Assembly: GCA_040389285.1 (NCBI GenBank)
Contig: JAZKAF010000035.1
Span: 1-40,450, forward strand
Length of the DNA stretch: 40,450 bases
Reading direction: 5' to 3'
Source of the DNA: a candidate division FCPU426 bacterium
GTDB taxonomy: Bacteria; Oederibacteriota; JAJYGY01; DAIDJD01
Shown: piece after piece, positions 26,796 to 36,300 of the stretch
How the letters are laid out: every line of letters begins with the position of its first letter
Position numbering within the stretch: position 1 is the first letter of the stretch
Position numbers and translations under genes: made by a program
Notes under the pieces: model-generated
What the model saw: the letters and a program-made list of their open reading frames with translations, nothing else
Databases searched by the model: none
What the model was told of the DNA's origin: nothing

Positions 26796-28211
26796 TTAAA
26801 GGATCGGCGAGAAGAGCCTGGCGATGTTGTCCCTTAGGCGGGGGAAAAATCCCTGGCGCTTGATGGAGCCTAAGTCCACGGGACTTGCCTGCGCGCGATA
26901 CTTCTCCATGACCTTGGATAGCTTCTTCGCAAGCCCCTCAGAATAAACCTCTATATTCGTCTCAAAATTCAGCAAGAAGCTCCTGGGATCCAGGTTGCAG
27001 GAACCCAGAAGGCACCAACGGCCGTCCACCACGACCGCCTTGCTATGCACAAAATCCCCGCGGATCTCCCATATCTCAACGCCGGCCTGCAGCAGATCCC
27101 TGAAATAAGAGCGGGACGCCCATCCCAGGAACGCATGGTCTCCCTGCTGCGGCACCAACAGCCTTACGTGGACGCCTGAAAGGCTCAGCGAGCGCAATAA
27201 GGCAAGCAGTGCCTGGTCCGGGATGAAATAAGGGGTGCAAAGGTCCACCTTCTTCTGGGCCATGCGAAGCCCGCCCAAGAGCAGCTCGTAGATGCGCTCA
27301 TAGGTCTGGTCCGGCCCCGAGCTGACCACACGGGCCAAGTCGCTGCCAGCGGACTTAGGTTTGACAACAGCGCCCGCGGCGCGTTTGCCGCCTGGGTGGG
27401 TCTGGGTCCAATCCTCTTGAAAACAGGCGATCAGGTCGGCCACCAGAGGCCCCTGCAGGCGGAAATGCAGGTCATGCTGGGATCCTAGAGCCGGCCGCCA
27501 GCGACGCAAGGGCCGACGCGACAAGGGTCCCTTATGATGGCGCCTGCTGATATTCAGGCTTCCGGTGAAGGCCAGCTGGGAGTCGACGATCAGCAGTTTG
27601 CGGTGATTGCGAAGGTTGAGGAGCGGTTGGTGAAAAAGATGGTCGCTGCGCCAAAAGGATGCGAATTCGATGCCAGGCACGCCAAGGCTCCTCCTAAGGC
27701 GCCGTAAAGGTCCCCAGGCGCCCACCCCGTCCACCAGCACCCTGACCTTGACCCCTTTTGACGCCGCCGCTGTCAACGCGGCGATAAAACGCTCTCCCAC
27801 TTCATCGGCGTCAAAGATATAGGTCAACAGGTCGATGCTGCGCGTGGCTGACGCGATGGCCTCCAGCATCGCCGGATAGGCTTCAGCGCCGTCTTCCAGA
27901 AGATCCACCCGGTTCCCGCCGCGCAGGGGCAGGCCCGTGAGATTCTGTCCAAGGAGTTTTAAGGGCTTTTCACCGGACCCAAGACGGCCCGGTACAGGCA
28001 GTCCCGCGACCCTCAGGCGCCGCTGCACGCGGTTGTAGCCAAAGTACCAGTAGCACAAAAATCCGACCACTGGCATCAGCCAGACCACGAGGATCCAAAG
28101 GGTGGCGTTATGGGGCAGGCGTTTGTGGAAGAGGATGTGTATCGTGGCGGCCACGGAAAGCAGGCAGCTGCCGATCAGTCCCAAGAGGTCGATCCAGGCG
28201 TTCGAGCTCAT
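26796..28211 (-). CDS. cls: Cardiolipin synthase (PLD superfamily)
   Basis: Two N-terminal TM helices; two HKD motifs (RNHRKLLIVD, VHSKAVVVD); SGPD, TPYFIP and NLDPRSF. Confidence 0.9.
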   Translation of the reverse strand: MSSNAWIDLLGLIGSCLLSVAATIHILFHKRLPHNATLWILVVWLMPVVGFLCYWYFGYNRVQRRLRVAGLPVPGRLGSGEKPLKLLGQNLTGLPLRGGNRVDLLEDGAEAYPAMLEAIASATRSIDLLTYIFDADEVGERFIAALTAAASKGVKVRVLVDGVGAWGPLRRLRRSLGVPGIEFASFWRSDHLFHQPLLNLRNHRKLLIVDSQLAFTGSLNISRRHHKGPLSRRPLRRWRPALGSQHDLHFRLQGPLVADLIACFQEDWTQTHPGGKRAAGAVVKPKSAGSDLARVVSSGPDQTYERIYELLLGGLRMAQKKVDLCTPYFIPDQALLALLRSLSLSGVHVRLLVPQQGDHAFLGWASRSYFRDLLQAGVEIWEIRGDFVHSKAVVVDGRWCLLGSCNLDPRSFLLNFETNIEVYSEGLAKKLSKVMEKYRAQASPVDLGSIKRQGFFPRLRDNIARLFSPIL

Positions 28212-28951
28212 GCCGCTCCGATCTTCCTAAGTTTTTCGAGGGTGTCGGCCGGATCTTTGACTTCCACGCAGTCCACCACGGCCCTGGCTGGAAAATCGTT
28301 GCCTCCCGGAGACAGGCTGTCCCCGAAGAACACCGCGTCTTCCGCCCGCCATCCGTGGTATTTCAAAAATTTACGGATCCCCCATCCCTTGTCCATGCCC
28401 GCCAGGGTGATGTCGATCGAGGTGGTCCCTCCGACGCTGACGGAATAATCGTTTCCGATACTCCCGCGCAGCTCCGCGGCCCAGGCTTTTCGGATGCTCC
28501 CCTCGGGATCAAAAGCCCGCTTCAAGGGCTCTGGCGCATGCCGGCCCAGCGCGGAAAAAGTCATCTGGGAAACGCGGTCCTGGATCTGGTCCGCTTCGTT
28601 GGTCAGGCTCACCAGGCCGTGGCGCGCCGCGAAGTCGCGGAGCATGACGGTCAGCGCCTTCCGGCTGGCGAGGGGGATCTCACCCTGATAGACCTTTTCA
28701 AGGTGGCCGTCCCGGACCACGGCATAGGCCGTGCCTGAGACGCCCAAGAGATGATAGTCGCCCTTTAAGCGCCCCTCGAACTGCTCCCGCAGCTGCTCCA
28801 AGGTGGAGCCGCTCACAAAGCCGAAAACGCGTCCTGAAGCGACCAGGCGGCCTATCTCCAAGGCCATGTCCTGTTCTACGGGACGGGTGCTGACGCAGAT
28901 GGTATCGTCCACATCCGCGAAAATGATCTTTTTGCCGTTAAAATCCTGCAT
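28208..28951 (-). CDS. HAD-IIB hydrolase, phosphomannomutase-like
   Basis: Start re-called at ATG 28951 because the longer ORF runs through the rpmB terminator; FADVDDT, VSGS, DRVSQMTFSALG, GGTTSIDIT, DKGWG, FGDSLSPGGND. Confidence 0.85.
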   Translation of the reverse strand: MQDFNGKKIIFADVDDTICVSTRPVEQDMALEIGRLVASGRVFGFVSGSTLEQLREQFEGRLKGDYHLLGVSGTAYAVVRDGHLEKVYQGEIPLASRKALTVMLRDFAARHGLVSLTNEADQIQDRVSQMTFSALGRHAPEPLKRAFDPEGSIRKAWAAELRGSIGNDYSVSVGGTTSIDITLAGMDKGWGIRKFLKYHGWRAEDAVFFGDSLSPGGNDFPARAVVDCVEVKDPADTLEKLRKIGAA

Positions 28952-28966
28952 GGGCCATTCTACAAC

Positions 28967-29004
28967 AAAAAAAAGGCCCCCGACCTCGGTCGGGAGCCTT
29001 TTTT
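28967..29004 (-). terminator. Intrinsic terminator of rpmB
   Basis: Minus strand GGCTCCCGAC-CGAG-GTCGGGGGCC followed by T8. Confidence 0.9.
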
Positions 29005-29025
29005 GAAGCAAAAGTCTTTTTAAAA

Positions 29026-29256
29026 CTAGATCTTGATGCCGCTGTCGCGCAAGAACTGAAGGGTGTTGCTCTGCTTCCTAAGGGTGCGCAGGGCGCGGGT
29101 GCTGATGCGCAGGCTCAGTTCACGCCCCAGCTCGGGCACCCAGATCTTGCGCTGCTGAAGGTTCGGCAACTGGCGCTTCTTGGTCTTGTTATTGGCGTGC
29201 GACACGAGATTCTTAACGTTCGGGCGCGCCTTGGTGATCTCACAAACTCGCGACAT
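29026..29256 (-). CDS. rpmB: 50S ribosomal protein L28 (lacks the paired CxxC motifs)
   Basis: MSRVCEITKARPNVKNLVSHANNKTKKRQLPNLQ...ISTRALRT; GGAG SD before ATG 29256. Confidence 0.97.
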   Translation of the reverse strand: MSRVCEITKARPNVKNLVSHANNKTKKRQLPNLQQRKIWVPELGRELSLRISTRALRTLRKQSNTLQFLRDSGIKI

Positions 29257-29318
29257 GGTCAAACTCCACTGAAAATTCGATCCAGGACCCCCGTAGGGAG
29301 GCCCTCACAAGAGCTAAG

Positions 29319-29347
29319 AAGATAGCAAATCGTGGCCTTTTAGGCAA
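29319..29347 (-). promoter_or_regulatory. sigma70 promoter of rpmB
   Basis: TTGCCT-N17-TATCTT with an extended -10 TGn. Confidence 0.7.
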
Positions 29348-29353
29348 GTCCCA

Positions 29354-31294
29354 CTATTTGTAATACTTGGTGCGGATCACCACGATAACCCTGCGATTAT
29401 GGGCCATTCCTTCGGGGTTATCGTTATCATCCACCGGCACCCGGGAACCGAAGCCCTGGGCCTCGAAATCGGCGATATCCAGGCCCTTATTCTTGACCAG
29501 GTAATCGACCAGCGCCTGGGCCCTGGCCAGGGATAAAGCGTCATTGTCCGGGAAGCGTTTGCTATGGATGGGCGCCGAATCCGTGTGCCCCTCGATATAC
29601 ACCGTGGTGCCTTCGCCCCTGTATTTCTTGATGGCTTCGGCGATGCTGTCGATGTCCTTAAAGCCGCTTTCCTTGAGGTCCGCCTTGCCGCTGTCAAAGA
29701 AGACGGCGTCCGCCATCTTCAGGCGGATCTCGCGGAGCAGGATCACCTGATTGACCGGTTCCCCGGGATTGAGGTTGCCCAGCCGGTCCATGGCTTTGAA
29801 AGTGGTGGCGTAGATCCTGCCGCTTTCCACGAATTCCCCTTTGCCATTGCTGCCGTCCCAGAGGATCTCGGCGGGCGGGGTCCCTTTGCCCTCAAAGGAC
29901 CAAAAGAGCTGGTCGTGGTCGTCGCGGATCTCAAAGGACCAGGAGGCGACGCCATGGATATCCTTGGCCACGGGCTTGAAACGGCAGGGGATCAGGATGG
30001 CCCCAGTGTTGTCTTCAGGGCGGATCATCTTGGGGGCCACGTCCAGGCTGGTGACGGGCGGGCTGTCGTCCAGTTCCAGGAAGGCCGGATCGGAAAGGAT
30101 GCTGACCCGGGGGAATTGGGCCTCCAGCCTGGCCGTGTATTTTCCGTCCGGCAGGATCCTGCCTTCCCTGTCCCGGCCATCCCAGGCCATCTCCGTGGGG
30201 ACCGGCCCCTCGCCTCTGAAAGTCTTGGCCTCCACGCCCGCGGCGTCCTTGATGACCATCTTCCAGCCCAGCATCCGCCGGCGGCTGGGGGCGTCCACAT
30301 AAAGATTGGTCCGATGGAAACGCGCGAAGCCCATGGGCGCGAAGACGGCCGGATCCGCGTCCACGTACATCATCGGTCCACCAAAGGCCAGTCCGGCCGT
30401 GATGCGATGAGTGTGCCCTAATTCACCGTAGGGGACAAAGGCGTAATCCAGCTTCAGGCCGCCGACATACATGCCGGCGCCGGCTGTGTATCCGTTCAAG
30501 TAGCCAAAACGGTATCCAGCGCGCAGGGCCAGTATGTTCTTGATCCAGCCCTCCATACCGATGCCGGTCTGCAAGTCGTTGTCAACGGACAGCGAGGTCT
30601 CAGCCACGAAGTTCAACTGGCTCTTCAGCGCCGAATACAGGGCGCTCGCGTTCAGCGCCAGAGGCAGCGTGAAATTGGTGTCCGCCACCGCGATGGGGAA
30701 ACCGATCTGGCGGAGCACCAGCCCCAGGCTGAGGCCTTCCGCCAGACCCACGTATTGGGTGCCCAGATCCAAGGCGGCCCCGTAGCCGTTGTAAGCCTCC
30801 ACGTTCTGCTGGATCAACTTGAGGCCGCCGCCGACGAACCAGCCTGGACCCAGCTCCTCGGCATAGGCGAGCGTCAAGGCCACATCATGGGGTGCGAAGG
30901 TGCCGGCATAATCGAACTGGGTGGCGGGATCATAGCTGCCCGCGTTGCGGAAGGTGCGGAACATCTCGTCCACCTGCAGCCAGGTGAGGGACACGCCTCC
31001 CGCCCCGTAGTCGCCTACGCGGAAGGTGCCGCCGAGATGCTCCAGGTGGATACCCTGGAACCATTGGATGTGGGTGGCGGAAAGGTCGCCCTGGATCATG
31101 CCAGCCAGGCCGGCCGGATTATAGGTCAGGGCGGCTTCGTCATCCGACAGCGCGCCAAAGGCTTCGCCCATGGCGGCGGGACGCGCGTTGATAGGTATCT
31201 TGAGGAAGTTCGCGCTGGTGTTCCCCACGGATTCGGGGCCCGCTATCAGGGCGCGCGAAAGGCAAAGAAGGGCGAGGGATCGGAGCAGGGTCAT
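29354..31294 (-). CDS. PorV/PorQ-family barrel fused to two FlgD-like Ig domains and an OmpA/MotB peptidoglycan-binding domain
   Basis: [34 protein letters not shown]; [18 protein letters not shown]; [16 protein letters not shown] and [14 protein letters not shown]; [26 protein letters not shown]. Confidence 0.85.
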   Translation of the reverse strand: MTLLRSLALLCLSRALIAGPESVGNTSANFLKIPINARPAAMGEAFGALSDDEAALTYNPAGLAGMIQGDLSATHIQWFQGIHLEHLGGTFRVGDYGAGGVSLTWLQVDEMFRTFRNAGSYDPATQFDYAGTFAPHDVALTLAYAEELGPGWFVGGGLKLIQQNVEAYNGYGAALDLGTQYVGLAEGLSLGLVLRQIGFPIAVADTNFTLPLALNASALYSALKSQLNFVAETSLSVDNDLQTGIGMEGWIKNILALRAGYRFGYLNGYTAGAGMYVGGLKLDYAFVPYGELGHTHRITAGLAFGGPMMYVDADPAVFAPMGFARFHRTNLYVDAPSRRRMLGWKMVIKDAAGVEAKTFRGEGPVPTEMAWDGRDREGRILPDGKYTARLEAQFPRVSILSDPAFLELDDSPPVTSLDVAPKMIRPEDNTGAILIPCRFKPVAKDIHGVASWSFEIRDDHDQLFWSFEGKGTPPAEILWDGSNGKGEFVESGRIYATTFKAMDRLGNLNPGEPVNQVILLREIRLKMADAVFFDSGKADLKESGFKDIDSIAEAIKKYRGEGTTVYIEGHTDSAPIHSKRFPDNDALSLARAQALVDYLVKNKGLDIADFEAQGFGSRVPVDDNDNPEGMAHNRRVIVVIRTKYYK

Positions 31295-33282
31295 CGGGCC
31301 GCCGCCACCTTGCCCCAGTCATACTGGAATTCCTGCCGCTTGCTGGTGGCTTCCACCTTGTAGATGTAAGTCCCGCTGGCCACGTTGATGCCGGAATCGT
31401 TCCGTCCGTTCCAGAACTGGTTGTTGTTCCCGGCCTTGGCCTCGTGGTCCTCCAGCGTCTTGACCAGTTCCCCGGACACGTCATAGACCTTGATCTTCAC
31501 GGTGGCGTCAACTTGGACCCAGTAAGTGATATAGCAGCCGTTGTAGCCAAAGGGATTGGGGCTGGCCGGGTAGAGGTGCAACAACAACACCTGGGGCGTG
31601 GCCGTCCGGGTGGGGGTACGGCTTTGCGTGGGGCTGATGGTAGGAGTCGAGGTCTTGGTCGCGGACCAGGTGAAAGTCGGGGTCCAGGTGGGCGTGACCG
31701 TCGATGTGGGTGAATCCGTGGGTGTCGGCGAATCCGTGAACGTCGAAGTGTAGGTAGGGGTGTCTGTCGGAGTCTCCGTCAACGTCGGCGAATCCGTAGG
31801 TGTTGGCGAATCCGTGGAAGTCGGCGTATGGGTGGGGGTGGGCGAATCCGTGAAGGTCATGGTATAGGTCGGCGTCGGGGTGCTCGTGGGCGTATAGGTC
31901 GGCGTATCCGAATTGGTCGGGGTGGCCGACGGCGTTGGCGAATCGGTGAAGGTCATGGTGCTAGTGGGCGTGTTGGTATACGTCGGGGTGTCCGTGGGCG
32001 TGAACACTTCCTGGTCATAGGGATATGGACTGTCGTCGTTGGGGTCCAGGGTGCTATCGATCTGGCAGTCCCCCAGCAGGCCCCAGGCGTCATTGTGGTA
32101 GATCCCACCCGCTAGAAAATCGAGCTTAAAGCCCAGCCAACCCGTTTGTCCGGGAGGGATGTCATAGGTGGCTCCCCAATGCAGCACGGTCCCGGCCGTG
32201 CCCGTGACCGAGGGCTCCGGCGAGGAGGGATTGGCCGTGGGATACGCATTGGTGCCGAAGGTCGTGCTGCCCGCCACATAAACAGGCTGAACCGGCACGG
32301 TGGGGAACGCGTAGACGTTGTCGTCAAAACTGTCGATCGTGACAGTGGTAGATCCGGTATTGATCAAGCCGATGAAATACTGGACTTGATCGCCCTGAAC
32401 CGACGGGTTGACCGTGGTGGTCTTGGTGATCTGCATGAAGTTTCCGCCAGCCTGGATGACCGCGGAGCTGGGGTTGCCGTCGGTATGTTTGACAGGGACG
32501 CCGCTGCTGATGTAGGCCTCAGGGCTGGCCTTGGTGCCCGAAGCCACGGAGCAACAGATAAGGCGGAAGGTGTAGGTGGCGACATAACTGGTGTTGCCGG
32601 TGCTGGGAAGCGGCCTGGGGATCATCAACTTATCGACATAGGTGTTCGGCGTCGAAAAATTCATGGCAATGCTGCTGCGGGAGAGCCGGTAGCAGGAGGC
32701 TGGCCAACCGACGTCGCTGGCAGGGGTGAAGGCGATGATCTGCGCCGCGCCGATGGTCCCGGTGGCGCCCGTGACCACCACATCAAAGGTCCCGCCTATC
32801 TCTGGAGGATTGGGACTGACCACCACCGACGAGACCGAGTTAGGATTGGCGGAGATGGTGGTCTTCACGGTCATGGTCAGGCTGCTGCTCGCGACAGCGA
32901 CACCCGGCGGCTGGCTGGTATAGACCGAAATGCTGTAGCTGGTCGCCGCGCCTCCGTCCACAAGCAGCGGCGTGCAGTAATAAAAAAAGGCCGTCGCCCG
33001 CTGGCCGGCCAGGATGCTGCCGATGTGATAGATGCCGTCTTCACCGCTTCCCAGCGCCACGTCCGAAGTGGAAAAACCCGTGGCGGTCACCCAGACATCG
33101 GAGGCGTCGGTGAGGGTGTCGTTGAAAACTTCGTAGCTGTAATAATTACAGAGCTGCTGAGGGGTCGCGCCCGGATCGGTATAAAGCACATCCGATGCGG
33201 TTGGGGAGATGACCCAAGCCCTGAGCGACCCAGTGGCGAGCAAGGCCATCCACAACCCGATATGGTAAATCGTTTTTTTCAT
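31291..33282 (-). CDS. Secreted protein B: Ig-like and DUF11-like domains, Thr/Ser/Pro stalk and T9SS type A/FlgD-like C-terminal domain
   Basis: Signal peptide; DUF11-like [26 protein letters not shown]; ~135-aa stalk; C-terminus LYPASPNP...[14 protein letters not shown]...WNGRNDSG...ASGTYIYKV...GKVAAAR. Confidence 0.85.
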   Translation of the reverse strand: MKKTIYHIGLWMALLATGSLRAWVISPTASDVLYTDPGATPQQLCNYYSYEVFNDTLTDASDVWVTATGFSTSDVALGSGEDGIYHIGSILAGQRATAFFYYCTPLLVDGGAATSYSISVYTSQPPGVAVASSSLTMTVKTTISANPNSVSSVVVSPNPPEIGGTFDVVVTGATGTIGAAQIIAFTPASDVGWPASCYRLSRSSIAMNFSTPNTYVDKLMIPRPLPSTGNTSYVATYTFRLICCSVASGTKASPEAYISSGVPVKHTDGNPSSAVIQAGGNFMQITKTTTVNPSVQGDQVQYFIGLINTGSTTVTIDSFDDNVYAFPTVPVQPVYVAGSTTFGTNAYPTANPSSPEPSVTGTAGTVLHWGATYDIPPGQTGWLGFKLDFLAGGIYHNDAWGLLGDCQIDSTLDPNDDSPYPYDQEVFTPTDTPTYTNTPTSTMTFTDSPTPSATPTNSDTPTYTPTSTPTPTYTMTFTDSPTPTHTPTSTDSPTPTDSPTLTETPTDTPTYTSTFTDSPTPTDSPTSTVTPTWTPTFTWSATKTSTPTISPTQSRTPTRTATPQVLLLHLYPASPNPFGYNGCYITYWVQVDATVKIKVYDVSGELVKTLEDHEAKAGNNNQFWNGRNDSGINVASGTYIYKVEATSKRQEFQYDWGKVAAAR

Positions 33283-33320
33283 GGTTTATTCAGGCTAAAA
33301 GGGCGAACTTGCGAAAAGCG

Positions 33321-33349
33321 ATTATAAAAAACTATGCGCAGCGAAGCAA
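33321..33349 (-). promoter_or_regulatory. sigma70 promoter of the protein B / PorV-OmpA operon
   Basis: TTGCTT-N17-TATAAT, 39 nt upstream of ATG 33282. Confidence 0.75.
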
Positions 33350-33371
33350 GGCAAGGATTTGGGCTAAAAAC

Positions 33372-36300
33372 CTATCTAAGGACTGACAATTTGAAGGTTC
33401 CGCGGCCCACCCAGCCGAAACCGGAGTTGGTTTCGAGGACCACGAAGTAGATGCCCCTGGAATAGCTACCGAGGTCCAGGTGCATGAGGTTGATGCCGGC
33501 CGGGCGTTCGCCGAGGTCAAAGGTTTCCAGCTGCTGGCCTGCCAGGTTCATGAGGACCAAACGCACCCGGGTGGCATTTTCGAGCAGGAAGGCGACACTG
33601 GCCTTGTCATGGGCGGGATTGGGGAATCCGACCACTGGCTTCTTGGCGCTTAAGATCTCGCCCAAGCGGCCGTCTTTGAAGGCCCTTCCGCGGGTCAAGG
33701 CAGGGCTGGCAGCCGGGGGCAGGAGGCTGCCAGGAGTGCCGGTCAGATCGGGGGTACCTTCGTCGTCACCGTCATGGTCCCGGTGTCCGTACGCGTAGGC
33801 GTGGCCGTGGCCATGGTCTCCGGTGCCGCCGTCGCCGTTGCCCGGATGCGGGGTGCGGGTGAAGCTGGGCTCCGCGGGAACGCTCGGGGTAAAGGTCTGG
33901 GTCGAAGTTTGGGTCGCGGTCTGCGAGGAAGTCGGCGTCCTGCTGGGCGTGATCGTGGGAGTCGCTGTTTCGGTCGGCGAATCGGTCTCGGTGCTCACCA
34001 AGGTCGGTGAATTCGTGAAGGTCGAAGTCGGCGAATCGGTCTCCGTGCTGACCAAGGTCGGCGAATCCGTGAACGTCGAAGTTGGGGAGTCGGTCTCCGT
34101 GCTCACCAGCGTCGGGGAGTCCGTGAAAGTCGAGGTCGGTGAGTCCGTCAGGGTCACCGTCGAGGTGGGCGAATCCGTGAAGGTCGCGGTCGGCGAATCA
34201 GTTTCGGTCACCGTCGACGTGGGGGAGTCCGTGAAGGTCGAAGTCGGCGAATCCGTCAAGGTCACCGTCGAAGTCGGGGAGTCCGTGAAGGTCGAAGTCG
34301 GCGAATCCGTCAAAGTCACGGTCGAAGTCGGGGAGTCCGTAAAGGTCGAGGTCGGAGAATCCGTCAAGGTCACGGTCGAGGTTGATGAATTCGTGAAGGT
34401 CGAAGTCGGCGAATCGGTCAAAGTCACCGTCGAAGTCGGTGAATTTGTGAAGGTCGAAGTCGGCGAACTGGTCAAGGTCACCGTCGAAGTCGGTGAGTTC
34501 GTGAAGGTCGAAGTCGGTGAACTGGTCAAGGTCACCGTCGAGGTAGGCGAATTTGAGAAGGTCGAGGTCGGCGTCGGCGTGGGCGAACGGGTTGATGTGG
34601 ACGTCGGCGAGGTAGTCGAGGTGGCGCTGGGCGTCGGAGAAACGCTAAAGGTCGAAGTGGCCGTGGCCGTCCGGGTCGATGTCGGCGTCCGAGTCAGCGT
34701 GATCGTCCGGGTCGGGGTAATGGTCTTCGTGACCGTTGGGGTCGCGCTGAAAGTCGGCGTGGGAATAGCAGGTCCGAATTTCACCACAAAGCCATCGACG
34801 GTCCCGCCGAACGCGGTCTGGGCCGCCCCACCCGTGGTCGGGAAAGCGCCGTTGGTGAATCCGGCCGCGTACATGGAGCCCGCGCTATCCACAGCGATCA
34901 TGGCGTCTTCGTCGTTGCCGGTCCCGCCAAGGTACGACGAATAGACCAGGGAGCTCCCCGTAGGGTCGAGCTGGGTCACAAAGATGTCGATCCCGCCCCC
35001 AAAAACCGTCTGATAGGCGCCCGCAGTGGTGGGGTAGGATCCCCGGGTGTCGCCGCCGATGTAGGCGTTTCCGCTGCTGTCGATGGCAAGGCTCTCGCCG
35101 TCGTCCATCTTGATGCCGCCAAGATAGGTCGAATAGACCAGCGCATTCCCGGCGGCGTTCATCTTGGTGACAAAGGCGTCGTTGCCGCCGCTATAGAGGA
35201 GCTTATAGGCTCCCAAGGTCGTGGGAATGCCGCCGTTGGTGACGCCGGTGACGTAGGCGTTGCCGCTCGCGTCCACGGCGATGTCTTCCGACTCGGCGAT
35301 ACTCAGCCCGCCCAGATAACTCGAATACACCAGCGCCGTGCCGGTGCTGTTCAATTTGGTGAAAAAGGTGTCCAAGATGCCAAGGTTGATGGGAGCCCAA
35401 GATCCCAGAGTGGTGGGCATGCTCCCTTCCGAATAACCGGTCAGATAGGCGTTGCCGCTGGAGTCCACCGCGATGCCAGCGCCATGGTCATAACCGAATC
35501 CGCCGACGTAGGTAGAGTAAACAAAGGCCGTGCCAGCGCTGTTCAGCTTGGTGACACCCAAGTCTCCCAGCCCAGTTTCTCCCAAGTCACCATTGAAGGT
35601 CTGATAAGCGCCAGTCGTCGTCGGATAATCCGAGGACATGGTGTCGGCAATGATATAGGCATTTCCGGAAGCATCCAGGGCGATCGCCGCGGCGTCTTCA
35701 TTGTCGGTGCCGCCGATATAGGTGGAATATACCAGCCCGTTCCCGGCGCTGTTGAGCTTGGTCACAAACGCGTCCAGGCCGCCACCAAACGTGGTCTGAG
35801 CGGCCCCGGCGGTGACGGGAAACCCGCCTCCGGCGTATCCGGTCACATAAGCATTACCGCTCGAGTTCACGGCAATATCGTAGGCGCGGTCGCCGGTGGC
35901 TCCGCCCAAATAGGTCGAGTAGATCACCGCGGTCCCAGTGCTATTCAGCTTGGTGATGAAAGCGTCGTCACTGCCCCCAAAAACCGTCTGATAGGCGCCA
36001 CCGGAGGTTGGGAAACCGCCGCCCGTGAATCCGCAGACGTAGGCGTTTCCGCTCACATCCACGGCAACGCCGGTGCCCGAGTCGGTGCCGGACCCGCCGA
36101 GGTAGGTCGAATAGGAAAGGGTGGGATCGATGACCAGGCTCCCGACGCCGTTATAGCCGGTCACCACGAATCCGACCTTGTCAGTGCCCCTTAGTTCATA
36201 GGCGCCCGGAACATCGCTTCGCACTCCCGCGTTCAACACATAGCAGGTCGGCTTTTTGAACTGCAGCGATCCTCCGCCCACGCTCATGATCAGGTTGCCA

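Noticed and set aside
33978-34571. Possible CRISPR array
   Set aside because: There are no unique spacers, the units are in-frame coding repeats varying at synonymous positions, and no cas genes are present.
33823-34944. Plus-strand Val/Gly/Glu repeat ORFs (also 4262..4660 and 4799..5200)
   Set aside because: These are antisense shadows of the Thr/Ser/Pro stalks (ACC/CCG codons read as GGT/CGG), with no independent gene evidence.
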